NCBI GenBank assembly: GCA_038256975.1
Contig: JBBSJU010000004.1
Span: forward strand, 1-60,171
Length of the DNA: 60,171 nucleotides
Reading direction: 5' to 3'
DNA from: Minisyncoccia bacterium
GTDB taxonomy: Bacteria; Patescibacteriota; Minisyncoccia; Phycocordibacterales; UBA5272
In this document: piece after piece, positions 19,314 to 28,337 of the stretch
Numbering within the stretch: position 1 is the stretch's first letter
How the letters are laid out: every line of letters begins with the position of its first letter
The notes under the pieces: model-generated
Databases searched by the model: none
What the model was told of the DNA's origin: nothing
The model's input: the letters and a program-made list of their open reading frames with translations, nothing else
Program-made: the position numbers and the translations under genes

Positions 19314-20460
19314 GGGTCTGAAAATTGTAGTCGTCTCGTTTGATTGGAGAAATTTGTTTGAAACAAATCTGGGCGAGGTTTTTGAAAAGTTAGAGCGAGA
19401 TGGTTTTATCTCTGAGCATAATAAAATCTTTTCCATAAATTGGTCGACAAGATCCTACCACAAAAAAATTAACGATAATTTAGAAACTGTTCACTTAAAT
19501 GCTCGAGTAGGTAGATTACGCTTTTGGTATGACTTTGTAAATATTTTTGCAGTACCGTTTATATTAATGAAGCATGGGTTCATTCCCGATGTTGTAGTGG
19601 CACGCGACTTTCAGTCTGTTCTATCGGGGCTAGTTGCCAAATTACTTTGGAGGAGTAAGATTGCGGTAATTTTAACCAATATTCCGACACAGGTAATACG
19701 AAACCGTCCTTTCTGGCAGATTTTATTTCTATACCAAGCCACCAGTCAATTTTTTTCAAAATATTTTGTCGATTATGCAGTTGCTATTAGTAATACAACC
19801 AAAGACTATTTAAAAAAGCTGAAGATTCCGGATCAAAAAATAAGAATATTTGTACCGAATGTTATTGCAAGGGATAAAAAGTTTATAGAAGTATCCCAAG
19901 CAGGGCTTGTACGTGCGCAATACGACATTCCAAGAGATAAAAAGATTATATTATCGGTTGGTAGACTTGAGTCAGAAAAAAATTTTAGAGGACTTATTCA
20001 CATATTTCATAGTTTAAAAGATGAGAACCTCATTTTAATTATTGTGGGCGAAGGGAGACTCCGTCAAGAACTTGAAAAGCAGGTATATGATCTCAACCTT
20101 GCCGGGCGTGTTATCTTTGCAGGTTTTGTAGAAAGAAAGGATATATGGAACTTTTATCGTGATGCAGATGTTTTTATGCTCCTTTCACAGTCTGAAGGTC
20201 TTGGGCTGGTTTTTTGGGAGGCTATGTATATGAGGGTACCAGTTATAGGTCCTGCTATTGAGGGTATTGCCGAAACTATCGGTGAAGACGGCCTGCGAGG
20301 ATTTTTTTGGAATGATGGCGCAGACAGTGGCCTTTTAAAGGCTAAGATTTCCACTTGTTATCAAAAAACAGGTGCAATTGAAGAAATGCTCAATCGTGCA
20401 GAAAGGTATGTGCATGAGAAAACTTCAGCTCAAAGTTCAATTGATCAATTACTAAGATAA
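19306..20460 (+). CDS. Glycosyltransferase, GT4-like
   Basis: LSQSEGLGLVFWEAMYMRVPVIGPAIEGIAETIGEDG. Confidence 0.8.
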   Translation: MSKGLKIVVVSFDWRNLFETNLGEVFEKLERDGFISEHNKIFSINWSTRSYHKKINDNLETVHLNARVGRLRFWYDFVNIFAVPFILMKHGFIPDVVVARDFQSVLSGLVAKLLWRSKIAVILTNIPTQVIRNRPFWQILFLYQATSQFFSKYFVDYAVAISNTTKDYLKKLKIPDQKIRIFVPNVIARDKKFIEVSQAGLVRAQYDIPRDKKIILSVGRLESEKNFRGLIHIFHSLKDENLILIIVGEGRLRQELEKQVYDLNLAGRVIFAGFVERKDIWNFYRDADVFMLLSQSEGLGLVFWEAMYMRVPVIGPAIEGIAETIGEDGLRGFFWNDGADSGLLKAKISTCYQKTGAIEEMLNRAERYVHEKTSAQSSIDQLLR

Positions 20461-20515
20461 CTGTTTCAAAACTCAGGAAGATGGTACTATGCCATAAATT
20501 CTTAAAAATCTCTGT

Positions 20516-21577
20516 ATGATAAAAGTCCTCTATTTATTCAATAGAACAAAGAGTGAAAGTGTAAAAAATGTGGAGCACGGAGTTGAGTCAGACAATCATT
20601 TTTCGGGTATGTTTCGCCTGAATAACTTTGGAGTTAGTGCTGAACACATGGAACTTGAGCAGTCGTTTTTTGCACCACTCGCTCCTTTTTTACGGAAACA
20701 TCTTCTCAATATTCACTTCGCACATATACCGCTTTTCTTCAGGATATTCAAATACGATATTGTGTTTACCTCTACAGCATTTGGTACCTTGCTTCTGAAA
20801 ACACTTCTTTTTCTTAAGAAGCCAAAGTGGGTAATGTTCGACTTTAATATTGAAGGCATGATTGGAGACAGAAAAAAACTTCGTCAGCGATTGTTTTATC
20901 GAATGGTTTCTAAGTGTGATGGTATCGTTACTCTCTCGTACTCAGCCGCAGAAACAATGCAGAGAATGTTTCCTTTGAAAGCAAAAAATATAAAGTTTAT
21001 TCCCCTTGGAACAGATCTTTCTTTTTTTAAACCACTCACAGATCCAGAAGAAGATTTTATTTTCTCTCCTGGCCGGGATCCTGGACGTGACCATAAAACC
21101 ATTTTAAAGGCAGTTACAGATTTACCTACCACTGTCAAAGTAACAGCGAAAACAGAACACCTCAAAAAAGCTGGCGCATTGCCTACAAATGTTCAGCAGT
21201 GTGATTTTTCTCATGTTGAATTATGTAATCAATATGCTCGTGCAAAAATTATAATCATCCCTCTTGATATAAGCGACACAAGCAACGACGCAATGGGTTG
21301 CTCGACTCTTGTTGAAGCAATGGCAATGGGGAAGGCTATTATTGCGACAAACACACCAACAATGCGCTCGTATATTACTAGCGGAGTAAATGGTATTCTG
21401 GTACCACCACACGATCCAGAAGCATTAAAAAAGGCTATAGAAATAGTGTTATCTGATGAGGAGAAAAGAAAAAGCCTTGGTCTTGCGGCCCGTGCTTTCG
21501 TGGAAGAACATTGTGGTGCTGATGATTTTGCTCGAAAACTGAGTTCCTTTTTCACTGCCGTTTCCAATACACAATGA
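20516..21577 (+). CDS. Glycosyltransferase (GT-B, GT4-like)
   Basis: GCSTLVEAMAMGKAIIATNTPTMRSYITSGVNGILVPPHDPEAL. Confidence 0.7.
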   Translation: MIKVLYLFNRTKSESVKNVEHGVESDNHFSGMFRLNNFGVSAEHMELEQSFFAPLAPFLRKHLLNIHFAHIPLFFRIFKYDIVFTSTAFGTLLLKTLLFLKKPKWVMFDFNIEGMIGDRKKLRQRLFYRMVSKCDGIVTLSYSAAETMQRMFPLKAKNIKFIPLGTDLSFFKPLTDPEEDFIFSPGRDPGRDHKTILKAVTDLPTTVKVTAKTEHLKKAGALPTNVQQCDFSHVELCNQYARAKIIIIPLDISDTSNDAMGCSTLVEAMAMGKAIIATNTPTMRSYITSGVNGILVPPHDPEALKKAIEIVLSDEEKRKSLGLAARAFVEEHCGADDFARKLSSFFTAVSNTQ

Positions 21578-22494
21578 AAACTAAGATACAAGAAATTTCA
21601 AAATATATTTTAGCAAAAATCTTTAAATTGAGATCGTCTCTTTTACATGGTCGTATGAAAACTATTCGTGTGGGAAACTTTGATCTTATTGCAAATCAAG
21701 GTCATGCGCTTTCTATATATTTACGTAATCGGCCAGCATACGCTTCAAATCTTCCGCGGCTTGCGTTGATGGTAAACAAAAAATATCCAAACTTCACGTT
21801 TGTTGATATTGGTGCAAATATTGGAGATACAGCCGCTTTTATCCGCTCGAAGCTTAATTGTCCAATTGTTTGTATAGAGGGCGAAGGTTTTTATTTTAAG
21901 ATTTTATTAAAAAATATTACTCAATTTAAAGACGCGTATGCTATACAGTCATTTTTGGGAGAATCCGAAGAAGATATCTTAGTCGAAAAACAAACAGGGG
22001 AAGGAAGTCTCTCTCTAAAACAAAACGGTTTAGATAATTCTGCTCCGAAACTCCATATCGACACTCTCGACAGTATTTCTCGCCGATATCAAGAACTCTT
22101 TTCAGGAGTTAAGTTTATAAAGATAGATACCGATGGGTATGATCTTAAGATTTTACGTGGAGGATTGGCATGTATAAAAAGTGTTCTACCTGTTGTTTTT
22201 TTTGAATACGATAGGTTTTTCTTAACCCGTCTTTCTGATGACGGCTTGGGAATCTTTCAGACTTGTGCAGATCAGGGATATGAAGACGTACTTTTTTTTG
22301 ACAATATTGGTAGATTTATTCTGGCCTTGAAAATACATGATCGTCAGGCAATTGAGCAATTATATGCCTATACGTATAGGAAGGAGGGAGCATTTCCTTT
22401 TTACGACGTCTGTGTTTTCCACCGAAACGATAGAGATATTGCAGAAGTGTTTATACAAGAAGAAACAAAAAGAAATTATGAGAATACTCTATGA
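21574..22494 (+). CDS. FkbM-family methyltransferase
   Basis: FVDIGANIGDTAAF and IKIDTDGYDLKIL are FkbM-type signatures. ATGA overlap with the upstream stop. Confidence 0.75.
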   Translation: MKTKIQEISKYILAKIFKLRSSLLHGRMKTIRVGNFDLIANQGHALSIYLRNRPAYASNLPRLALMVNKKYPNFTFVDIGANIGDTAAFIRSKLNCPIVCIEGEGFYFKILLKNITQFKDAYAIQSFLGESEEDILVEKQTGEGSLSLKQNGLDNSAPKLHIDTLDSISRRYQELFSGVKFIKIDTDGYDLKILRGGLACIKSVLPVVFFEYDRFFLTRLSDDGLGIFQTCADQGYEDVLFFDNIGRFILALKIHDRQAIEQLYAYTYRKEGAFPFYDVCVFHRNDRDIAEVFIQEETKRNYENTL

Positions 22495-23623
22495 CCATCA
22501 GGCACTTGGTATGCAGAGACGGGGAGGGGTTTCTCGATATGTAATTGAACTTGTGCGAAACATGGCTTCCGAAACTGGAGCAAAAGTAAAACTGGCACTT
22601 CTGAGGTCAAACAATGAATATGTACTTAAAAATAAATCTTCAAACACACTGAAATCAACCTCAGTTTTTGGAAAAAGAAGTCAGCTCAAGGAATTTCTCC
22701 GTGGGAATATATATCTCATGAAAGCACATATATTTTTCAAGGACTATATGAATAAGATATATTCCATTTTCTATCTTCGTACGGCAGATTTTGATATTTT
22801 CCATCCAACCTATTACGACCCGTATTTTTTGCCTCATATAGGGAAAAAGCCCTTTGTGATTACTATCCACGATATGATTCACGAGATTTTTCCAGAGTAT
22901 TTTTCAAAAAAGGACACTACTTCGACACGAAAACACTTACTCGCTCACCAGGCTAAAGGAATTATTGCGATTTCCCAGAATACTAAAGATGATGTCGTGC
23001 GGTTGTTAGGGGTACATCCAGATAAAATAACAGTAGTCCATCATGCGAACTTTCTTGTTCCAAAAGAAGAAGAACCGCTCTCTGTCCCAGCAAGGTATAT
23101 TTTATATGTCGGCGGTAGAGGAAGGTATAAAAATTTTTCTTTCTTTGTAGAGAGTATTGCGCATATCTTACGTGAGGAAAAAGATATCCACGTTCTTTGT
23201 ATTGGTGGCGGTGAATTTGCAGCTCAGGAGGTAGATCTTTTCAATGCTTTGTCTATTAGAGAAAAGATATTGCACACAGGTGCGAATGATAAGCAGTTAG
23301 CGTATGCATATCGCCATGCAGAATGTTTTGTACTGAGTTCTCTGTATGAAGGTTTCGGCATTCCTATTTTAGAAGCATTTGCTTTTGGGTGTCCTGTGCT
23401 CCTTAGTAATGCCAGCTGCTTTCCTGAAATTGCTGCTGATGCAGGGTGTTATTTTGATCCAAAAGATAAAGACTCTATTTTTGCTGCAACACAAACAATT
23501 TTGAATGACCCTTCTCTGAGAAAAGACTTAATACAAAAAGGGTATAAAAGACTTGAAAATTTTTCTTCAGCCAAAATGATTCAAGAAACGTATGCGGTGT
23601 ATAAAAAGTGCTTAGCAAACTAA
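22478..23623 (+). CDS. Glycosyltransferase, GT4-like
   Basis: MRILYDHQAL...GGVSRY N-terminus. SSLYEGFGIPILEAFAFGCPVLLSNASCFPEIAADAG. Start moved from 22337 to ATG 22478. Confidence 0.8.
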   Translation: MRILYDHQALGMQRRGGVSRYVIELVRNMASETGAKVKLALLRSNNEYVLKNKSSNTLKSTSVFGKRSQLKEFLRGNIYLMKAHIFFKDYMNKIYSIFYLRTADFDIFHPTYYDPYFLPHIGKKPFVITIHDMIHEIFPEYFSKKDTTSTRKHLLAHQAKGIIAISQNTKDDVVRLLGVHPDKITVVHHANFLVPKEEEPLSVPARYILYVGGRGRYKNFSFFVESIAHILREEKDIHVLCIGGGEFAAQEVDLFNALSIREKILHTGANDKQLAYAYRHAECFVLSSLYEGFGIPILEAFAFGCPVLLSNASCFPEIAADAGCYFDPKDKDSIFAATQTILNDPSLRKDLIQKGYKRLENFSSAKMIQETYAVYKKCLAN

Positions 23624-23628
23624 GTGCT

Positions 23629-24882
23629 CTACATTTTTGCAAACAAATATCGAGTGACGAAAGTGTTGAGCACATTTGTTATTAGAAGTGCTCCAATTGC
23701 TCCAGCTATCCCAAATGATGGAACTAAAAGCAGGAGACAGATAATTCGGATTATAAGAAGTGATAGAGTGCTTGTATAAAGAGTCTTCTCGCTTGCATGT
23801 GCGGTCATCGCCGTGCGCATAAATTCTTGGGGGAACAATAAGAGACTAAGTGCATATATTTGAGAATAAATAACTGCATCAAGATACTCTGGAAAAAGAA
23901 TTTTATATACAAATGGTGCCGCTATACAGTAGGCGGCAACAACCAAAGCAAGCGGTATCCAAAGTCGAGCTAGTTTTTCCGGAAGGGTTCCTTGGATGAG
24001 TTCCTTGGAAGTGCTTGAGAATTTTGGAAAAGAAAGTATATTAATAGACCTTAATAGAGATGCTAACTGTGATATTGGTGATAGAGCAAAAGCATAGATT
24101 GCAAGTTGTAAAGGGCCAAGGTAGTGAAAGATAAGTACTTTATCAATTTGAGACGCTCCGGCACTAAGAAGGTTCATAATACTTAAATGTTTTGCATACG
24201 TGATGGTCTCGGGGTGCACAACTCCTTTTTCTGTATCGGGGTACCTCTTTATCGTCAGTATAAAGAATAGTAAAGCAGCTAGTGTGTATGAGATAAAGAA
24301 AACAAAAACAAGAATTACGGGATTTGTAGTAAAAAAGAGGGAAATAAAAATGCTTATTGCGGGGATAAGATTATAAAAGATGTCGTATATGGATTTGCGC
24401 CTGAAGTCTCTTTTCCCATTAAGGAATGATAAATATAAGCCTCCGGCTTGAGAGATGGGAGAGAAAACAGCAATAATAAGGAGAGCGGTTGCGAGGACCG
24501 TATTTTCGTTGAGTAGGTAATATAAACTACCAAGCCCTGCAAAAAAGGTGATCCATAAACTCCAACGAAGTTGAACCCAGAATATTGTAAGAAGGCTTTC
24601 GTGAGAATCGCGAGATACGGCACGCGTGAGAGCTGTGCTAAGACCAGTAAGGGTAATCGCACCAAATACGCTTCCGAGGGAGAGTATGTACTTATAGGTT
24701 CCAAAGGAGTCTTTTGGAAGCATGTTCGCGTATGCGATGGTGAGCATAAAGGCAAAGAAAGAAATAGATACTTGTCCTAGGGTGAGCCAGAATCCGTTTT
24801 TAGCCAAATAGATCATGTCAGTTTTAAAATACCGTTGGCCTACATGGAGAATATTGCGTATTATTTGCTTGGCTCTTTTCAC
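23629..24882 (-). CDS. Polysaccharide/oligosaccharide flippase (Wzx-like, MOP superfamily)
   Basis: 417 aa and almost entirely hydrophobic with about 12 TM segments. Lies inside the glycan locus. GTG start at 24882. Confidence 0.7.
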   Translation of the reverse strand: MKRAKQIIRNILHVGQRYFKTDMIYLAKNGFWLTLGQVSISFFAFMLTIAYANMLPKDSFGTYKYILSLGSVFGAITLTGLSTALTRAVSRDSHESLLTIFWVQLRWSLWITFFAGLGSLYYLLNENTVLATALLIIAVFSPISQAGGLYLSFLNGKRDFRRKSIYDIFYNLIPAISIFISLFFTTNPVILVFVFFISYTLAALLFFILTIKRYPDTEKGVVHPETITYAKHLSIMNLLSAGASQIDKVLIFHYLGPLQLAIYAFALSPISQLASLLRSINILSFPKFSSTSKELIQGTLPEKLARLWIPLALVVAAYCIAAPFVYKILFPEYLDAVIYSQIYALSLLLFPQEFMRTAMTAHASEKTLYTSTLSLLIIRIICLLLLVPSFGIAGAIGALLITNVLNTFVTRYLFAKM

Positions 24883-24895
24883 AGATGGATTTTTC

Positions 24896-24940
24896 CTATA
24901 ATAGCATTTTATTTACTCGAGAAATAAAATGCTATTATAG
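24896..24940. promoter_or_regulatory. 45-nt perfect hairpin/palindrome in a divergent promoter region
   Basis: ctataatagcattttattt-actcgag-aaataaaatgctattatag has 19-nt perfect arms and carries a TATTAT/TATAAT-like box on each strand. Lies between the flippase gene (-) and the O-antigen-ligase-like gene (+). Confidence 0.5.
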
Positions 24941-24959
24941 AAGCACTTGATTTAACGAT

Positions 24960-27149
24960 ATGAATATATTTAATACCCTATGTATCGGGATGCTTACCCT
25001 TGCTCTTTTTGCACCAACGATAATTTCTGAATCCCTCCTTTTTCCCTTTATCACCGGTAAAAACTTTTGGTTTCGTGGCGTTGTTCTTGCTGGGGCAATT
25101 ATTTTTGCGTATATCGTATACAAAAAACGCCAGTTAATTAAGATTGCAACTCCGGTCCACCTTGCATTCGGCCTTTTTGTAGGAGTTCTCCTTCTTGCGG
25201 ATATTTTTGGGGTAAGTCCAATGCGTAGTTTGTTCAGCGGTTTCGAGCGTATGGAAGGCTGGTTTACGCACGCTCTACTTTTGCTTTTATTCCTACTTCT
25301 GACTCAGGTTGTGCGCACATTGGATGTATGGCGAAATATATTTAAAGTATCTCTTATCGCAAACGTGTATGTGCTCACTTTTGCCTTTTCTCAATATTTC
25401 GGCACACTCAGTATTTTCCAACATTCAGATCGCATCGACGCGACTCTTGGTAATGCAACGTACTTAGCTGGTTATGCAATGATGTATGCCTTTATCGTCG
25501 CGTGGCTTGCGTATACAACAAAAAATATTTCAGCTCGGTACCTCTACGGCATCATCGGAGTACTTAATATTTTTATTTCTTTTGTAACACTTACTCGTGG
25601 AGCTGCGCTTGGAATTACAGCAGGCGTGCTGCTTTCACTTGCTCTCATTGCAATTTTTGAAAAACGCTACACATTCATGCGTTATGTTGGGGGAGTGGCA
25701 TTTGCGCTCGTACTTGTGAGTAGCATCCTTTTATTTTCAAACAGAGATTCAGGGGTAGTACAAAATTCACCAGTTTTAAATCGAATCGCAAGCATTTCTA
25801 CTGGCTCACACACCGCAACGTCGCGTCTTCTCATTTGGGACATGAGTTTCCAAGGCTTCAAAGAGCGACCTTTACTTGGTTGGGGACAGGACAACTTCCT
25901 GTATGTTTTCTCAAGTCACTTCGATCCACGCATGGCAGCCTATGAGCCATGGTACGATCGCTCGCACAATGTATTTTTCGACTGGATGGTGGCTGGTGGT
26001 ACGCTCGGACTTCTCGCGTATCTTGCATTATTTGCTACCCCGATATATATCATGTGGTTTGCACGCTCTTTGCGACAAAACTTTTCGATTATAGAAAAAT
26101 CTCTGTGGACAGGACTTTTGGGAGCATATTTCGTATTTAATCTCTTTGTGTTCGACAACATCGCAAGTTATATCCTGTTTGTCTTTATCCTCGCCTACAT
26201 TACATGGAAAGCGTATGCTTCAGAAAAGGAAACAATCGTATCGCTTTCAAAACAGCAATCAATTGCAATTGCCGCACTTCTTTCTGTTATCGGAGTTTTA
26301 GGAATGTATTCTTTGGTGTATAAGCCCATAATTACAGGCTCTGCTCTTATCCAGGGTATGCAGTATACAGAAGTTATTATTACTGCATCAGGCGATGCTC
26401 AGGCACAAGCGTGGACACGAGAAAATATTGGCACCGCATACACCAGAGAAGAGTTAAGTGTAGTTGCCCGGGAAAAGTTCAAACGAGCAACAGCCCATCC
26501 TCTTGGTCGTACCGAAGCTCGCGAGCAACTCGGACAAAGACTCGTTTCAATTGTACGAAGTGAGGCCATTTCTAATGAAGAAAAAAATGAGTGGGTAAAT
26601 CTCACACTGACACAACTTGAAGACGAAATAAAACGTGATCCAAAAAATCCACGCACGCTTCAGATTACAGGACTCCTTTTACTTCAGTTTGGAAAAACGC
26701 AAGAAGCGATAGAGTTATTAAATAAAACTCAGGAACTTTCTCCAAACAAACAACTCGTTATGTTCGACAGGGCACTTGCATATCAAGTTGCTGGTGACTA
26801 TGAAAAAGCAGTCGATATCACTAAGCAAGCATACGATCTCAACCCTGCGTTTCTTACTGCTAGAGCAAAATATATCCTTGCTCTTTACCGAGCAAGAGGG
26901 GATGCTGAGGCAACTGTTTTGGAGCCACAATTCCTTCAAGATGCGCTTGCTCAGAATTATGACTTCGTTGTGAGTAAGGCATATGAATCTCAGGTACAGA
27001 TAGCGAGGATAGAATATCGAGCCAAGGAAGCGGTAGAGGCATACCAAAAAGGCGACATGGCAACCTATCTAAAATACTACGCTGAAATTAAAGCTTTAAA
27101 CCCAGATTCAGCTCTGAGGCTTACTGAGTTGGTTAAAACACTGAAGTAG
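24960..27149 (+). CDS. O-antigen ligase/polymerase (Wzy_C)-domain membrane protein with C-terminal TPR repeats
   Basis: Multi-TM N-terminal two-thirds with VTLTRGAALGITAG and GWGQDNF. C-terminal region has TPR-like ALAYQVAGDYEKAVDITKQAYDLNPAF. Confidence 0.75.
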   Translation: MNIFNTLCIGMLTLALFAPTIISESLLFPFITGKNFWFRGVVLAGAIIFAYIVYKKRQLIKIATPVHLAFGLFVGVLLLADIFGVSPMRSLFSGFERMEGWFTHALLLLLFLLLTQVVRTLDVWRNIFKVSLIANVYVLTFAFSQYFGTLSIFQHSDRIDATLGNATYLAGYAMMYAFIVAWLAYTTKNISARYLYGIIGVLNIFISFVTLTRGAALGITAGVLLSLALIAIFEKRYTFMRYVGGVAFALVLVSSILLFSNRDSGVVQNSPVLNRIASISTGSHTATSRLLIWDMSFQGFKERPLLGWGQDNFLYVFSSHFDPRMAAYEPWYDRSHNVFFDWMVAGGTLGLLAYLALFATPIYIMWFARSLRQNFSIIEKSLWTGLLGAYFVFNLFVFDNIASYILFVFILAYITWKAYASEKETIVSLSKQQSIAIAALLSVIGVLGMYSLVYKPIITGSALIQGMQYTEVIITASGDAQAQAWTRENIGTAYTREELSVVAREKFKRATAHPLGRTEAREQLGQRLVSIVRSEAISNEEKNEWVNLTLTQLEDEIKRDPKNPRTLQITGLLLLQFGKTQEAIELLNKTQELSPNKQLVMFDRALAYQVAGDYEKAVDITKQAYDLNPAFLTARAKYILALYRARGDAEATVLEPQFLQDALAQNYDFVVSKAYESQVQIARIEYRAKEAVEAYQKGDMATYLKYYAEIKALNPDSALRLTELVKTLK

Positions 27150-27192
27150 AAGTCTGATTGAAAATATGGCGATTTCGCGGTAGTATAAGGTC

Positions 27193-27269
27193 CATTGCCA
27201 GATCGCCTGCCTGCCATGTCTGCGCACGCAGGGCAGGCAGGTCTTATGGTAGTTACATTTGCCAGATCG
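27193..27269 (+). repeat. 13/14-nt direct repeat (CATTGCCAGATCG / CATTTGCCAGATCG) bracketing a GC-rich hairpin; the second copy is the 5' end of tRNA-Gln
   Basis: Copy 1 at 27193-27205 and copy 2 at 27256-27269. Between them CCTGCCTGCC (27206-27215) pairs perfectly with GGCAGGCAGG (27232-27241). Confidence 0.6.
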
Positions 27270-27330
27270 TCTAATGGTAGGACGCATCCCTCTGAAGGAT
27301 GTTATCTTGGTTCGAGTCCAAGCCTGGCAG
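27260..27330 (+). tRNA. tRNA-Gln (anticodon CTG), no encoded CCA
   Basis: Manual cloverleaf. Acceptor TGCCAGA/CCTGGCA (U1:A72, discriminator G73). D arm GTCT-AATGGTA-GGAC. Anticodon arm CATCC-CTCTGAA-GGATG. Variable TTAT. T arm CTTGG-TTCGAGT-CCAAG. Confidence 0.9.
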
Positions 27331-27447
27331 CCGAATTTTAGTTTTTTGTAAGCGAAGCGTTCCATACCAAAAAAGCTGAAATTCGCGTCGCGGATGTCCC
27401 CTAGGGACACAAGACGTGAGTTTGGGTATTATTAGTTGTGATTAAGC

Positions 27448-27471
27448 TTGAGATAGGTTCGGAGTCCGAAG
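27448..27471 (+). repeat. 24-nt element TTGAGATAGGTTCGGAGTCCGAAG (copy 1) containing the 13-nt palindrome TTCGGAnTCCGAA
   Basis: Matches 33263-33286 at 23 of 24 positions. Ends 27 nt before ATG 27499. Confidence 0.8.
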
Positions 27472-27498
27472 AGTATCCAAAAGTTGTATAATCTTGAT

Positions 27499-28335
27499 AT
27501 GAAATCAAAAGTACTGCAAATGCTCGTTCCTGAAGGAAATCCAAACGGAATGAAAATACTTGAATTGGCCGGATGGTCTGGTAAATGTTTTGTAGCACCC
27601 CGTCAGAGTCTAAAAGAGTTAAAAGATCGATCGGAAACCAATCAACCCGGACTTTATCTCCTCTTTGGGATTGATGAGGCGTCTTCGGACGAGCTTGTGT
27701 ATATTGGTGAATCAGAAAATTTCTACAACCGAATTGCTAACCATGATTCAAACAAGGATTTTTGGAATGTTGCAGTTGTGTTTACAGGTGGTTTAAATAG
27801 AGCATTTGTTAAATATTTAGAATATAGAGCGACTACACTGGCACATGAAGCAGGCCGAATGATTGTGCAAAACAAAGTTCAGCCTCAAGAAAACACTTTA
27901 TCTGAATTCGAGAAGGTCACTGTTGAGCAATACTTTGAGAACCTTCAATTTATTTTAGTTGCCATTGGATATGAGGTATTTGATAAGGTAGCTGAGTCAC
28001 TTTCAGATTTAAAACTTTACTATCTTAAAGCCGAAGGATCAGACGCACGAGCACAACTACTTGCAGATGGGAGCTTGAATGTATTAAAAGGTTCTCTCGC
28101 AAGAATCAGAGAAACTGAAGCATTTTGGGGATGGTCACAAGCTGCACGAAAACGATTTCTAGAGGACGGAACGTTTGTTGAAAATGGAGATGGTGTGTCT
28201 TACGTTTATACAAAAGATACGCTTTTTAAAAGCCCTTCCGCTGCCGCGGCAACAACTACGGGAAGACCTATCAACGGATGGACTGCGTGGAAAGATGAGG
28301 TTGGAAACACCCTTGATGAAAATCTGAGAAAATAA
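27499..28335 (+). CDS. GIY-YIG nuclease-domain protein with DUF4357-like C-terminal domain
   Basis: GLYLLFG...LVYIGESENFYNRIANH (GIY-YIG). C-terminal LFKSPSAAAATTTGRPINGWTAWKD is DUF4357-like. TATAAT at 27487-27492 lies 6 nt before the ATG. Confidence 0.7.
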   Translation: MKSKVLQMLVPEGNPNGMKILELAGWSGKCFVAPRQSLKELKDRSETNQPGLYLLFGIDEASSDELVYIGESENFYNRIANHDSNKDFWNVAVVFTGGLNRAFVKYLEYRATTLAHEAGRMIVQNKVQPQENTLSEFEKVTVEQYFENLQFILVAIGYEVFDKVAESLSDLKLYYLKAEGSDARAQLLADGSLNVLKGSLARIRETEAFWGWSQAARKRFLEDGTFVENGDGVSYVYTKDTLFKSPSAAAATTTGRPINGWTAWKDEVGNTLDENLRK

Positions 28336-28337
28336 TC

